Assembly (NCBI RefSeq): GCF_009914755.1
Contig: NC_060940.1
Strand: one strand, 5' to 3'
DNA length: 64,000 nt
Source: the human T2T-CHM13v2.0 reference genome, Homo sapiens
Made by a program: the position numbers and the translations under genes. Positions 41,056-55,483 of this stretch are shown one piece after another (within the stretch, counting starts at the first letter, position 1; each line of letters opens with the position of its first letter). The notes under the pieces are model-generated. The model was not told the DNA's origin and did no database searches. It saw nothing but the letters and a program-made list of their open reading frames with translations.

Positions 41056-41689
41056 CTTGATAGCCGCCAGCCAATTACTTTTTTTAAAAAAACAAAACAA
41101 AAAAAGTTCATTTCATCAGATGGCACCATTAAAGTAGCTATGCATTTGATTTTTATGGGTGATGTATGAAGGGATCGTATACTTCTCTCTAATGAAGTCA
41201 GCCCAAGTTGCCTTCAAAACTTCTGGCCGCTATTGCATATTGTTTTCACAGTTGCCACATCAGACTGTTTAACTGAATCCCTTCAGACTGGATGGAGAGA
41301 ATCCCAGGGACCCAGCCACTCAGCGTGCTACATGGCACTCACGACATTTACAAAACGTTTCATTTCTCTTTTTTATCTGTTGCTCAAGTCTTCCAAAACA
41401 CCGTTTATTTCTTTGCTGCTTTTGTATTGCATATTCCTTTGTACCACTATGAGGATAAGCTTTCTAAAATATGGAAGCGATCTTGTCAGTTCCTGCTGTT
41501 GGAAACTTCCGTGTACTGTGAAAGGACAAGTCTAAATTGGCTCCGTCATTCCAGAGAATGCTTTGTTTGACATTATGTAACAAAATTGAAATTTTACTTA
41601 TTCTTTGACTCTCAAAGTTCCACTTTTCATAATTTGCCCTAAATAAATTATGAAAAACTGATAAATATAAAGATACATATATACATATA

Positions 41690-43485
41690 TACATATATAT
41701 GATGTGTATTGTAATTTTAGAAACAACCTAAAGTCTCATCATTAGGAGATTGTTAAGCAAATTATGATATTTCTAAATTAAAGGAATACCCTGCAGGCAT
41801 TAAAAATGATGTCTTCGAACACCTGGAAATAAATTCCAGACATGTCTTTAAGTAAAAATGCATGTCATAATACAGCCTGAGAAGTGTGATCCTATTTCAT
41901 TTTTAGAATATCTTTCTTAATAAGCAGAGAAGAAAAACATGAGTACTTTGTAGTTTATCATAAACCAATGTCACAACGTTGGCAAGAATGGGAAAATCAC
42001 ACACACTAAGAAGAAACCTGGCTTATAACTGGAGTAGCATTCCAATCAGTGGGGTGGATGATGGGCTCAAAAAATAAATGATGTTAGGATATTTGACAAT
42101 CCATAAAGAATCCATGAAGAAAAAAGCTATAGAAAAGTCCAGATTTCAAATTTTAAAACCTTAGCCTGAAAAGTATATTTATTCTGTATATATTATGTGT
42201 ATATGTGCATATGCACACACACATTCAGATAAAATACTTATACATACAGATTGATTTGCCAACACTGTAATTAAAATTTTTAATATGGTATAAAACATCA
42301 CAAGCAAAGTTAAAAGACAAGCTGAAGACAAAGATAATATATTTTCAATAAATATCACACCGATAGATGATATATGAAATATTAAGATAAAAGAAACAGC
42401 TCAATAGACAAATCATGAAAGACGTTCTGGCAATTCACAGAAGAGAAAATTCAAAAGGCCCATGAACTCATGAAAAGAAATTCAGCAACCTTAGTAATAA
42501 AGGAAATGCACATTTTTTAAAATAGCAGTTTGTGAAGTCTGCCAGTGTCAAGTGCTGGGAAATATATGCAGAAATGGGAACTCTTAAACATTGCTGATGG
42601 AATTTGCTTCACATTAGACAGCAATCTGGAAACAGCCATCGAAGTTAAGTATGTACCACAGCACAACAGTTCCATTTGTTGTTGTACATGTTAAAGAGAT
42701 TCATTAGGTATACAGCACAAGGAGACAAGAAAGACGATGTTCTTAGTTGGGGAGAGCAAAAAATGAACAATCTACAAGCCCATGGGTAGTGTACTAGATA
42801 CATAGCAGTGGTATTTATATTATAAAGACACAATTGCTGGGGCAGACCCTTCAGGTTCAAATCCAGGTCCTACCATTTGCTAACAGTACAATCAAGGACA
42901 ATTATCAAACTGCTCTGTGCTTTACTTTTCTCATCTGTAAAATGGGAACAATAATAGCATAGGATGAATGTATCTTAATGAAGAACAAAAGGTTAATGTG
43001 TAAAGCATTTAGAACAGTCTGTGGTACATAGTATCACATGTGATTTACTATTGTTATTATAATAGAATAATCAAAGTAAAAATAAAAATCCTAGGTTTTC
43101 ATGGAACCACATTGTTAAATATCAGAACTTAGTGTTGAGAAGAAAAAGCAAGTTGTAAAATGATATGTATTACATGGTACCATATGAAAACATCTATGCC
43201 ATCTTTAAAAAAGTGCATAAAGCAATATTATTTGTTGCTATGATAATACTGATGAAAGAGAAGTATCAGAATATTCACAGATAAATTTAATCTGTGCCCA
43301 GTTCTGGAGAGAAATGGGCTAAATCAGGAAAGGGTGCTGCTTTAAGTATATCTACGTTGTTTTATTTTCTTTAAAAAAGAGAGATCTGACGAAGAAAAAA
43401 AAAACTATCAGTGATTATAAAATTTTGGTGGTGAATATACAGGAGTCTGTTCTGTTTTTTTCCAAACTTTGTTTAAAGTTGAATG
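41690..43485 (+). mobile_element. Ancient L1ME fragments (ORF2 end and 3' UTR), split by a MIR
   Basis: ggcaattcacagaagagaaaattcaaaaggcc...catgaaaag...ttagtaataaaggaaatgca. Confidence 0.65.
42805..43065 (+). mobile_element. MIR SINE inside L1ME
   Basis: ggttcaaatccaggtcc...tttctcatctgtaaaatgggaacaataatag...tgtaaagcatttagaacagt. Confidence 0.88.
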
Positions 43486-43489
43486 TTTT

Positions 43490-44040
43490 TATTTTGAAAT
43501 AATTCTAGAGCCACATTCAGTTTGAAGAAATAATACAGAGATATCCCATGTTCTCTTTTAAAATTGGCTTCATTCACCCAACATATTGCTCTAGAAACGT
43601 ATGCAGCTTGCTGCATCTATAAATAGTACATTTTTATTGTTGAGTAGAGCTGCATGGTATGGATGTACCACATTTGTTTCACCATTCACCCGTTGAAAGA
43701 TATTTAGGTTGCTTTCAGTTTGGAGATATTATAAACAAAGCTGCTATAAACATTTGCATACAGATGTGTGTAAACAGAAGTGTTAATCTTAGATGAATGC
43801 ACAGGAGTGCAATTGCTAGACCCTATGGTGATTGCATGTTTCGTTCTTAAGGAAACTAACAAACTGTTTTTCAGATTGGCTGTGCCATTTCACATCCCCA
43901 CCAGCAATATATGAATGGCCTAGTTTCTCTGTACCCTCGCCAGCATTTGGTGTTGTCATCTTTTTAATTTTAGCATTCTGAGAGATGTGTAGTGATATCT
44001 CATTGTAATTTTTCTAATGGCTGATGATGTTGAACATCCC
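43490..44040 (-). mobile_element. L1MC-like 3' end (outermost L1 of the nest)
   Basis: ttttattttgaaataattctaga...aagaaataatacagagatatccc, followed by reverse ORF2 C-terminal sequence. Confidence 0.75.
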
Positions 44041-44056
44041 CAGATCCCAAAGGCTA

Positions 44057-44379
<323 letters not shown>

Positions 44380-45617
44380 GTTTCATAGTTGTACATCTTA
44401 CATTTAAGTTTGTGATTCATTGTTTTCATACATTTATTAATTTTAATTGAAATATAATTCACAAACCATAAAATTTACCATTTTTAAGTATGCAATCCAG
44501 TGGTTTTTAGTATATTCACGAGATTGTGCCACGTCACTGCTATCTAGGTCCAGAACATTTTTACCGCCCCAAAATGAAACTCCACACCTGTTTGCAGTCA
44601 CTCCCACTCTCCTCCCTGCAACTCCTGGCAAGCAGTAATTCACTTTCTGTCTCTATGGATTTTCTATTTCTTGACTTTTCAAACAAATAGAATTATATGA
44701 CATGATATGTGACATTTTGTGTTGACTTCTTTTGCTTAGCATATTTTCAATGTTTATCCACTATAGCATATATCAAGCTTCATTTTTATGGCTGAATAAT
44801 ATTCCGTTGCATGTCTATACCATATTTATGTACCCTTTCATCAGTTGATGGGCATCTGGGTGGGTTCCACATTTTGTTTTTCATAAATAATGCTCCATGA
44901 TGTTCTGTGAACATCATGTATACATTTTTGTATGAACATATGTTTCCAATCCCCTTGGGTATAGATCAAGAGTTGAATTGCTGGATCGTATGGTTAATTG
45001 TTTATTCTTTTGAGGAATCAACAAACTGTTTTTCACAGTGACAGCACCATTTTATACTCTCAGGGTATCAGGGCTTTAATTTTTCCATATTCCTGCCAAT
45101 GCTTGTTATCTTCTGGTTGTTTTGTTTATTTTATAAGGGGCTATGTTAGGGAATGCAGTGTGGTATCTTGTGGTTTTGGTTAGCATTTCCCTAAGGACAA
45201 ATGATATTGAGCAACTTTTCGTACTTTTTGGCCATTTGTAAATTACCATTGAAGAAGCGTTTATTCATATCCTTTGTTCATTTAAAAATTTATTTTATTT
45301 CTTTTTATTGTTGAGTTGTAAAAGGTCTTTATACATTCTGGATACTAGACCTTTATCAGAGATATGATTGACAGATATTTTCTGACATTGTGTGTATTAT
45401 CTCTTCACTTTCTTGATTGTGTCCTTTGATGCACAAAAGTTTTAAATTTTGTTGAAGTCTAACATATCTATTTTTTTCTTTGGTTGCTTGTGCTTTTGGT
45501 GTCATATCTAAGAAACTATTGCCTAATTTAAGGTTACAAAGATTTAAACCTATGTTTTCATCTTTATTATTTTAGATATTAAATTTAGGTCTTTGATTCC
45601 TTTTTGATTTATTTTCT

Positions 45618-45915
45618 TTTTTGTTTTTCTTTTTGAGATGGACTCTTGCACTGTTGCCCAGGCTGTAATGCAGTGGCATGATCTCCGCTGGCTACAACCT
45701 CTGCCTCCTGGGTTCAAGCAATTCTCTTGCCTCAGCCAACGAGTTAGCTGGGATTACAGGTGCCCACCACCACGCTCAGCTAATTTTTTTGTATTTTTAG
45801 TAGAAACGGGGTTTCACTATGTTGTCTAGGTTGGTCCTGAACTCCTGACCTCGTGATCCACCGCCTCGGCTTCCCATAGTGCTGGGATTACAGGTGTGAG
45901 CCACCATGCCTGGCC
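45618..45915 (-). mobile_element. Alu (AluSc/Sg-like) with TSD
   Basis: TSD atttattttct. Confidence 0.96.
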
Positions 45916-46210
45916 AATTTATTTTCTATATATGATGTGAGGTAGTGGTCCAAATTTTTTTTTTCGTGTAGCTACTTAATTGTCTTATTGCCATTTGTTG
46001 AAAAGAATATTCTTTCTCCATTGAACGGTTTTGGTAACTTTGTCAAAAATCAATTGACCATAGATGTATGGGCCCATTTCTGGTTCTTGATTCTATCAAA
46101 TTGATCAATAGGTCTATCCTTATGCCATTACCATACTGTCTTAATTACTGTAAATTAGGAGTAGATTTTGAAATTGTAAATGGTGAGTCTTCCAACTTTG
46201 TTATACTTTT

Positions 46211-46523
46211 TAATTAATTAGTTTATTTTTGAGACAGGGTCTCACTCTATCACCCAGGCTGAGTGCAGTGAGATGATGACAGCTCACTGTACCCTTAACC
46301 TCAGGCTCCAGTGATTCTCCCACCTCAGTCTCCTCAGTAGCTGGGACTACAAGCACATGCCACCATGCCTGTTTTTTTTGTTGTTGTTGTTTTGTTTTTT
46401 TTAAATTTTCTTGTAGAGACAGAGTCTTGCTATGTTGCCCAGGCTGGTCCTGGATGCAAGCAATCCTCCTGCCTTGGCCTCCCAAAGTGCTGCAATTACA
46501 GGCGTGAGCCACCAGGCCTGGCC
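46211..46523 (-). mobile_element. AluJ with TSD
   Basis: TSD tgttatactttt / tgttttactttt. Confidence 0.94.
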
Positions 46524-46843
46524 TGTTTTACTTTTACAGGTTTTTTTAAAATTCCATATGAATATTAAAATTAGCTTATCCATTTCTGGAAAAAAAGAAG
46601 TTGGAATTTTGATAGAGAATGCATTGAATCTGTATATCAATTTGTAAAGTATTGGCATCTTAATAATTTTAAGTCTTCCAATACATGAACATAAATGTCT
46701 TTCCATTTATTTAGGCTTTATATTTCTTTCAGCAATATTTTGTAGTTTTTAGTATATGAGACATATGAGTCTTACACCTCTAAAGTTAAGTTGATTCCTA
46801 AGTATTTTATTATTTTTTATGTATTATAAATGGAATTGTTTTT

Positions 46844-47284
46844 TCCCTTCCCTTCCCCTTCCCCCTCCCTTCCCCTCCCCCTTTCCTTCCCTTCCCTTCC
46901 CCTCACTTCCCCTTCCATCCCTTCCCCTCCCCTTACCTCCTCTCATCTCCCCTCCCCTCCCCTCCCCTCCCCTTCCCTTCCCTTCCCTTCCCTTCTTTTT
47001 TTTTGACAAGATCTTGCTCTGTCACATGGGCTGGAGTACACTGCCATGATCATCGCTCACTGCAGCCTCAAACTCATGGGCTCACAAGATCCTTCCACCT
47101 CAGCCCCTGGAATAGCTGAGACTACAGGCATGCACCATCACATCTGGCAAATTTTTCTATTTTTTGTTGAGACGGGGTCTGACTATGTTGTCTAGGCTAG
47201 TCTCGAACTCCTGGTCTCAAGCAATCCTTCCACCTCAGCCTCCCAAAGTGCTGAGATTACAGGTGTGAACCACCGTGACTGGCC
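46844..47284 (-). mobile_element. AluJ whose tail expanded to a ~150-bp (CCCTT/CCCCT)n tract (46844-46996)
   Basis: TSD tggaattgtttt at 46831-46842 and 47285-47296 encloses both the tract and the Alu. Confidence 0.94.
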
Positions 47285-48840
47285 TGGAATTGTTTTCTTA
47301 GTTTCATTTTCAGATTATTCATTTCTAGTGTATAGAAATACAATTAACTTTATACATTAATCTTGTTTCTTGCAAACTTGTGCAACTCATATATTAGCTC
47401 TAATAGATTTTTGGCAAATTCTTTATGGTTTTCTATATATCAAATTATGTCATTTGCAAAGAGAGATGGTTTTACTTCTTCCATTCCAATCTAGATGTCT
47501 TTTGTTTCTTTTTTCTTGCCTAATTGCCCTGACTAAAACTTCCAGTACAACGTTGAATAGAAGTGAGAGTAGATTCCCTGTACTGGTGCTGATTTTAGGG
47601 GAAAGATTTTATCAGCGTGTATGATTTAACTGTGGGTTTTTCATAGATGGTCTTCATCAGGTTGAGAAAGTTCCTTTTTATTCTTAGTTTTCCAAGTGTT
47701 TTCATTCTAAAAGGGTGTTAGATATTATCAAATGCATTTCCTACATCAGTTGAGATAATCATGTGGTCCTCTGTTTATTCTATTAATATAATATATTGTA
47801 GTGGTATATATATTGGTATATACATGTAATGTGGTATATATATCTTCATGTATTAAACCAATTTTGCATTCCTGGAATAAAACCTACTTGGTTATAGTGT
47901 ATAATCCTTTTTGTGTGCTGCTGGATTTGATTTGGTAGTATTTTGTTAAGGATTTTTTACTTATATTTATAAGGGATATTGTATAGTTTTCTTTTATTCT
48001 GATGTATTTATTTGGGTTTGGCATCAGGGTAATGCTGGCATCATAGAATGGGTTAGAAAGTGTCCCCTTTTCTTTTATGTTTTAGGAAGACCTTTTGAGG
48101 AATTAGTGATAATTCTTCTTTAAACATTTGGCAGAATTTGCCAGTGAAGCCATATGGTCCTGGGCTTTCTTTGTATAACATTTTTTAAATTGCTAACTGA
48201 ATCTCTTAACTTGTTGGAAGCCTATTGAAATTTTCTATTTCCTCTCGAGTCAATTTTGAAAGTTTGTGCGTTTCTAGGAATATTCATTCATTTCATCTAG
48301 GCTCTCTAATTTGTTGGCATATGATTTTTCATAGCATTCTCTTATATTCATTCCTTTGTACTTATGTAAAGTCCATAGTAATGTCTCTTCTTTTATTCCT
48401 TTATTCCTGAATTTTACTGATACGAGTGTTTTTTTTTTTTTTTAGTTGGCCACTGTAGCTAAAAGCTTATCAATTTTGTTGATCTTTTTAGACAACCAAC
48501 TTGTTTTTGTGAATTTTTTCTATTTTTTCTATTCTCCATTTTATTTATTTCTACTCTAATGTTTATTATTTTCATGTCCTGGCTTTGGATTTAGTTTATT
48601 CTTCTTTGTCTAGTGTCTTAAGGTGGAAGATTAGGTTGTTGATTTGAGTGATTCGAGTTTACAATTATAAGTTTTCCTCTAGGAACTACTTTCACTACAT
48701 TCTATAAGTTTCGATACGTTGTGTTTTCATTTTGTTCATCTGAAAGCATTTTCTAATTAACCTTGTGATTTCCTCTTGGTTATTTAGAAATATGGTGTTT
48801 AATTTCCCAAATTTCCTTCTATTATTAATTTCTAATTTAA

Positions 48841-49144
<304 letters not shown>

Positions 49145-50685
49145 TTCTAATTTAATTTCATTGGGGCTGTAACACATACTTTGACCTCAACCCTTTTAAA
49201 CATATTGACACTTGTTTTATGGTCATCCTAACTTATGGTCTAGCCTGGAAAACGTTTTATATGCATTTGAGAAGAATGTGTATTCTGCTGTTGTTGGCTG
49301 CAGTCCTCTCTAGATGTCTGTTAGTTCTAGTTGGCTAATAGTGTTGTTCAAATTTTCTATTTCCTTGATGATCTGTCTAGTTCTACTTGTTATTCAAAGT
49401 GAGGGATTGAAGTGTCTAACTATTACAGTTGAATTGTGTGTGTCCCTTCAAACCTGTCAGACTTTGCTTTATGTATTTTGAGCCTTTGTTGTTAGGTACA
49501 TATATGCTTTGTTAATTTTAAAATATTCATTCTACCAATTTCTGCCTTTAAAACTTTACTTATTTTAATTGACATAATAATTGTACATATTTATGGGGCA
49601 CAGGGTAATGCTTTGATACATGCATACATTGTGTAATAATTAAATCAGGGTATTTAGTATAGCTACCACCTCACACATTTTATCATTCTCTGTGGTGGAA
49701 ATATTCAAAATCCTCTCTTCTAGCTATTTTGGAATGTATAATACAAAATTGTCAACCATAGCTACCCTCCTGTGTGATAGAACATCAGAGCTTATTCCTC
49801 GTCTCTAACTGTAACTTTGTACACATAGACCAATCTCTCCATATTCCCCTTCCTGTTACTCTCCCCAGCATCTGGTAACCACTCTTCTATTCTCTACTTC
49901 AGTGAGATCAATTTCTTTAGATTCCACATATAAGTGAGATCACTCAGTATTTGTCTTTCTGTGTCTGGCTTATTTTACTTTACATAATGTCCTCCGGGTT
50001 TATCTGTGTTGCCATGAGGGACAGGATTTCCTTCTTTTCATGGCTGAATAGTAGTCCATTGTGTATATATACATTTTCTTTATTTATTCATCAACTGATG
50101 GACACTTAGGTTGATTCCATATCTTAGCTATTGTAAATAATGCTGCAATAAATATAAGAATTCATACTCTGACATACTAATTTTATTTCCTTTAGATAAA
50201 TATTCAGTAGTAGGATTGCTAGATTTTATATTTCTACTTTTAATTTTTTGAGGAAACTTCACACTATCTTCCACAGTGGCTATACCAATTTACATTCCCA
50301 CCAGCAGTGTGTAAGTATTCCCCTTTCTTCACATCCATGCCAACATTTGTTATTTTTTGTCTTTTTGATAGTGACCATTCTAAATGGGGAAAGGTGATAT
50401 CTCATTGTAGTTTTGATTTGTATTTGCCCTGATGATTAGTGTTGTTGAGCATTTTCTCATGTACTTGTGGACCGTTTCTCTGTCTTCTTTTGAGAAATAT
50501 CTATTGAGACCTTTTGGCCATTTTTAAATTGAATTATTTGGTTGTTTTGCTGTTGAATTATTTGAGCTCCTTATATATTCTGAATGTTAGAATATATGTC
50601 AGATGCACAGTTTTAGCCTATTCTGTAGGTTGTCTCTTCACTTTATTGATTGTTTCCTTTATTGTGCAGAAGATTTTTAGTTTGA

Positions 50686-51037
<352 letters not shown>

Positions 51038-51307
51038 TGTGTTTTTAAGGTCTTATCCATATATATATATATATATGTGTATATATATATGTATATATAT
51101 ATTTTAATTATGCTTTAAATTCTAGGGTACATGTACACAATGTGCAGGTTTGATACATAGGTATACATGTGCTATGTTGGTTTGCTGCAACCATCAACTC
51201 ATCATTTACATTAGGTATTTCTCCTAATGCTATCCCTCCTTCAGCCCTCTGCTCCCTGACAGGCCCCGGTGTGTGATGTTCCCCGCCCTGGGTCCAAGTC
51301 TCATTGT

Positions 51308-54300
51308 TCAATTCCCACCTATGAGTGAGAACATGCGGTGTTTGGTTTTCTGTCCTTGTGATAGTTTGCTGAGAAAGATGGTTTCCAGCTTTATCCATGT
51401 CCCTGCAAAGGACATGAACTCATCCTTTTTTATGGCTGCATAGTATTCCATGGTGTATATGTGCCACATTTTCTTAATCCAGTCTATCATTGATGGACAT
51501 TTGGGTTGGTTCCAAGTCTGCTATTGTGAACAGTGCTGCAATAAACATACATGTGCATGTGTCTTTATAGTAGCATGATTTATAATCTTTTGGGTATATA
51601 CCCAGTAATGGGATTGCTGGGTCAAATCGTTCTAGTTCTAGATCCTTGATGAATTGCCACACTGTCTTCCACAATGGTTGAACTAATTTACACTCCCATC
51701 AACAGTGTAAAAGCCTTCCTATTTCTCCACATTCTCTCCAGCATCTGTTGTTTCCTGACTTTTTAATGATTGCCATTCTAACTGGCATGAGATGGTATCT
51801 CATTGTGGTTTTGATTTGCATTGCTCTGATGACCAATGATGATGAGCATTTTTTCATGTGTCTGTTGGCTGCATAGATGTCTTCTTTTGAGAAATGTCTG
51901 TTCATATCCTCTGCCCACTTTTTGATGGGGTTGTTTGATTTTTTCTTGTAAATTTGTTTGAGTTCTTTGTAGATTCTGGATATTAGCCCTTTGTCAGATG
52001 GGTAGATTGCAAAAATTTTCTCCCATTCTGTAGGTTGCCTGTTCACTCTGATGGTAGTTTCCTTTGCTGTGCAGAAGCTCTTTAGTTTAATTAGATCCCA
52101 TTTGTCTATTTTGGCTTTTGTTGCCATTGCTTTTGGTGTTTTAGTCATAAAGTCCTTGTCCATGCCTATGTCCTGAATGGTATTGGCTAGGTTTTCTTCT
52201 AGGGTTTTTACAGTTTTAGGTCTAACGTTTAAGTCTTTAATCCATCTTGAATTAACTTTTGTATAAGGTGTAAGGAAAGGATCCAGTTTCAGCTTTCTAC
52301 ATATGGCTAGCCAGTTTTCCCAGCACCCTTTACTAAATAGGAAGTCCTTTCCCCATTTCTTGTTTTTGTCAGGTTTGTCAAAGATCAGATGGTTGTAGAT
52401 GTGTGGTGTTATTTCTGAGGCCTCTGTTCTGTTCCATTGGTCTAGATATCTGTTTTGGTACCAGTACCATGCTGTTTTGGTTACTGTAGCCTTGTAGTAT
52501 AGTTTGAAGTCAGGTAGTGTGATGCCTCCAGGTTTGTTCTTTTTGCTTAGGATTGTCTTGGCAGTGCAGGCTCTTTTTGGTTCCATATGAACTTTAAAGT
52601 AGTTTTTTCCAATTCTGTGAAGAAAGTCACTGGTAGCTTGATGGAGATGGCACTGAATCTACAAATTGCTTTGGACACTATGGCCATTTTCACGATATTG
52701 ATTCTTCCTATCCATGAGCATGGAATATTCTTCCATTTGTTTGTGTCCTCTTTTATTTCCTTGAGCAGTGGTTTGTAGTTCTCCTTGAAGAGGTCCTTCA
52801 CATCCCTTGTAAGTTGGATTCCTAGGTATTTTATTCTCTTTGAAGCAATTGTGAATGGGAATTCACTTATGATTTGGCTCTCTGTTTGTCTGTTACTGGT
52901 GTATAGGAATGCTTGTGATTTTTGCACATTGATTTTGTATCCTGAGACTTTGCTGAAGTTGCTTATCAGCTTAAGCAGATTTTGGGCTGAGACAAAGGGG
53001 TTTTCTAAATATACAATTGTGTCATCTGCAAACAGGGACAATTTGACTTTCTCCTTTCCTAGCTGAATACCCTTTATTTCTTTCTCTTGCCTCATTACTC
53101 TGGCCAAAACTTCCAACACTAAGTTGAATAGTTGTGGTGAGAGAGGGCATCCCTGTCTTGTGCCAGTTTTCAAAGGGAATGCTTGCAGTTTTTGCCCATT
53201 CAGTATGATACTGGCTGTGGGTTTGTCATAAATAGCTCTTATTATTTTGTGATACGTTCCATCAATACCTAGTTTATTGAGAGTTTTTAGCATGAAGGGT
53301 TACTGAATTTTGTTGAAGGTCTTTTCTGCATCTATTGGGATAATCATGTGGTTTTTGTCATTGGTTCTGTTTATGTGCTGGATTACATTTATTGATTTGC
53401 TTATGTTGAACCAGCCTTGCATCCCAGGGATGAAGCCCACTTGATCATGGTGGATAAGCTTTTTGATGTGCTGCTGGATTTGGTTTGCCAGTATTTTATT
53501 GAGGATTTTTGCATCAATGTTCATCAGGGATATTGGTCTAAAATTTTCTTTTTTTGTTGTGTCTCTGCCAGGCTTTGGTATCAGGATGATGTTGGCCTCA
53601 TAAAATGGGTTAGGGATGATTCCCTCTTTTTCTATTGATGGGAATAGTTTCAGAAGGAATGGTACCAGATCCTCTTTATAACTGTGGTAGAATTTGGCTG
53701 TGAATCCATCTGGTCCTGGACTTTTTTTGGTTGGTAGGCTATTAATTATTGCCTCATTTTCACAGCCTGTTATTTGTCTATTCAGAGATTCATCTTCTTC
53801 CTGGTTTAGTCTTGGGAGGGTGTATGTGTCCAGGAACTTATCCATTTCTTCTAGATTTTCTAGTTTATTTGTGTGAGGTGTTTCTAGTATTCTCTGATGG
53901 TAGATTGTATTTCTGTGGGATCAGTGGTGATAACCCCTTTATCATTTTTTATTGCATCTATTTGATTCTTCTCTCTTTTCCTCTTTATTAGTCTTGTTAG
54001 TGGTCTACCAATTTTGTTGATCTTTTCAGAAAAACAGCTCCTGGATTCATTGATTTTTTGAAGGGTTTTTTGTATGTCTATCTCCTTCTGTTCTGCTCTG
54101 ATCTTAGTTATTTCTTGCCTTCTGCTAGCTTTTGAATTGTTTGCTCTTGCTTCTCTAGTTCTTTTAATTGTGATGCTAGGGTGTCAATTTTAGATCTTTC
54201 CTGCTTTCTTTTGTGGGCATTTAGTGCATAAATTTCCATCTACACACTGTTTTAAATGTGTCACAGAGATTCTGGTACATTGTTTCTTTGTTCTCATTGG

Positions 54301-55123
54301 TTTCAAAGAACATCTTTATTTCTGCATTCATTTCGTTGTTTACCCAGGAGTCATTCAGGAGCAAGTTGTTCAGATTCCATGTAGTTGTGCGGTTTTGAGT
54401 GAATTTCTTAATCCTGAGGTCTAATTTGATTGCACTGTGATCTGATAGGCAGTTTGTTGTGATTTCTGTTCTTTTACATTTGCTGAGGAGTGCTTTACTT
54501 CCAACTATGCGGTCAATTTTAGAATAAGTGTGATGTGCTGAGAAGAATGTATATTCTGTTTATTTGGGCTGGAGTGTTCTGTAGATGTCTGTTAGGTCTG
54601 CTTGTTGCAGAGCTGAGTTCAGGTCCTGGATATCCTTGTTAACCTTCTGTCACATTGAGCTGTCTAATACTAACAGTGAGGTGTTAAAGTCTCCCATTAT
54701 TATTGTGTGGGAGTCTAGGTCTCTTTGTAGGTCTCTAAGGACTTGCTTTACAAATCTGGGTGCTTCTGTATTGGGTGCATATATATTTAGGATAGTTAGC
54801 TCTTCTTGTTGAGTTGATCCCTTTACCATTGTGTAATGGCCTTCTTTGTCTCTTTTGATCTTTGTTGGTTTAAAGTCTGTTTTATCCGAGACTAGGATTG
54901 CAACCTCTGCTTTTTTTTGCTTTCCATTTGCTTGGTAAATCTTCCTTCATCCCTTTATTTTGAGCCTATGCGTGTCTTTGCATGTGAGATGGGCCTCCTG
55001 AATACAGCACACTGATGGGTCTTGACTCTCTATCGAATTTGCCAATCTGTGTCTTTTAATTGGGGCATTTAGCCCATTTACATTTAAGGTTAATATTGTT
55101 ATGTGTGAATTTGATCCTGTCAT
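51308..55123 (-). pseudogene. Disrupted L1 ORF2p (endonuclease / reverse transcriptase / C-terminal Cys domain)
   Basis: Start codon (MTGSNSHIT) at 55123; ORF pieces 53300-53845, 52547-53293 (RT motif LFADD), 51699-52586 ([14 protein letters not shown] then stop) and 51308-51490 (ends IGGN); several frameshifts and stops. Confidence 0.95.
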
Positions 55124-55186
55124 TATGATGTTAGCTAGTTATTTTGCCTATTAATTGATTCAGTGTCTTAATAGCATCAATGGTCT

Positions 55187-55483
55187 TTACAATTTGGCCT
55201 GTTTTTGCAGTGGCTGGTACTGCTTGTTTCTTTCCATGTTTAGGGCTTCCTGCAGGAGCTCTTGTAAGGCAGGCCTGGTGGTGACAAAATCTCTGAACAT
55301 TTGCTTGTCTGTAACATATTTTATTTCTCCTTCACTTATGAAGCTTAGTTTGGCTGGATATGAAATTCTGGGTTGAAAATTCTTTTCTTTAAGAATGTTG
55401 AATATTGGCCCCCACTCTCTTCTGGCTTGTAGGGTTTCTGCAGAGAGATCCGCTGTTAGTCTGATGGGCTTCCCTTTGTGGGT
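55187..55483 (-). pseudogene. C-terminal fragment of L1 ORF1p
   Basis: KGKPIRLTADLSAETLQARREWGPIFNILKEKNFQPRISYPAKLSF. Confidence 0.95.

Larger units (their letters stand above)
51060..55483 (-). mobile_element. L1PA5/PA6-like LINE-1, 4.4 kb, 5'-truncated in ORF1, with an (AT)n tail
   Basis: High similarity to primate L1; TSD ggtcttatcca at 51049-51059 and 55481-55491. Confidence 0.95.

Noticed and set aside
51060-55483. Possibly active LINE-1 or domesticated reverse transcriptase
   Set aside because: No 5' UTR promoter, ORF1 is truncated, and ORF2 has several frameshifts and stops
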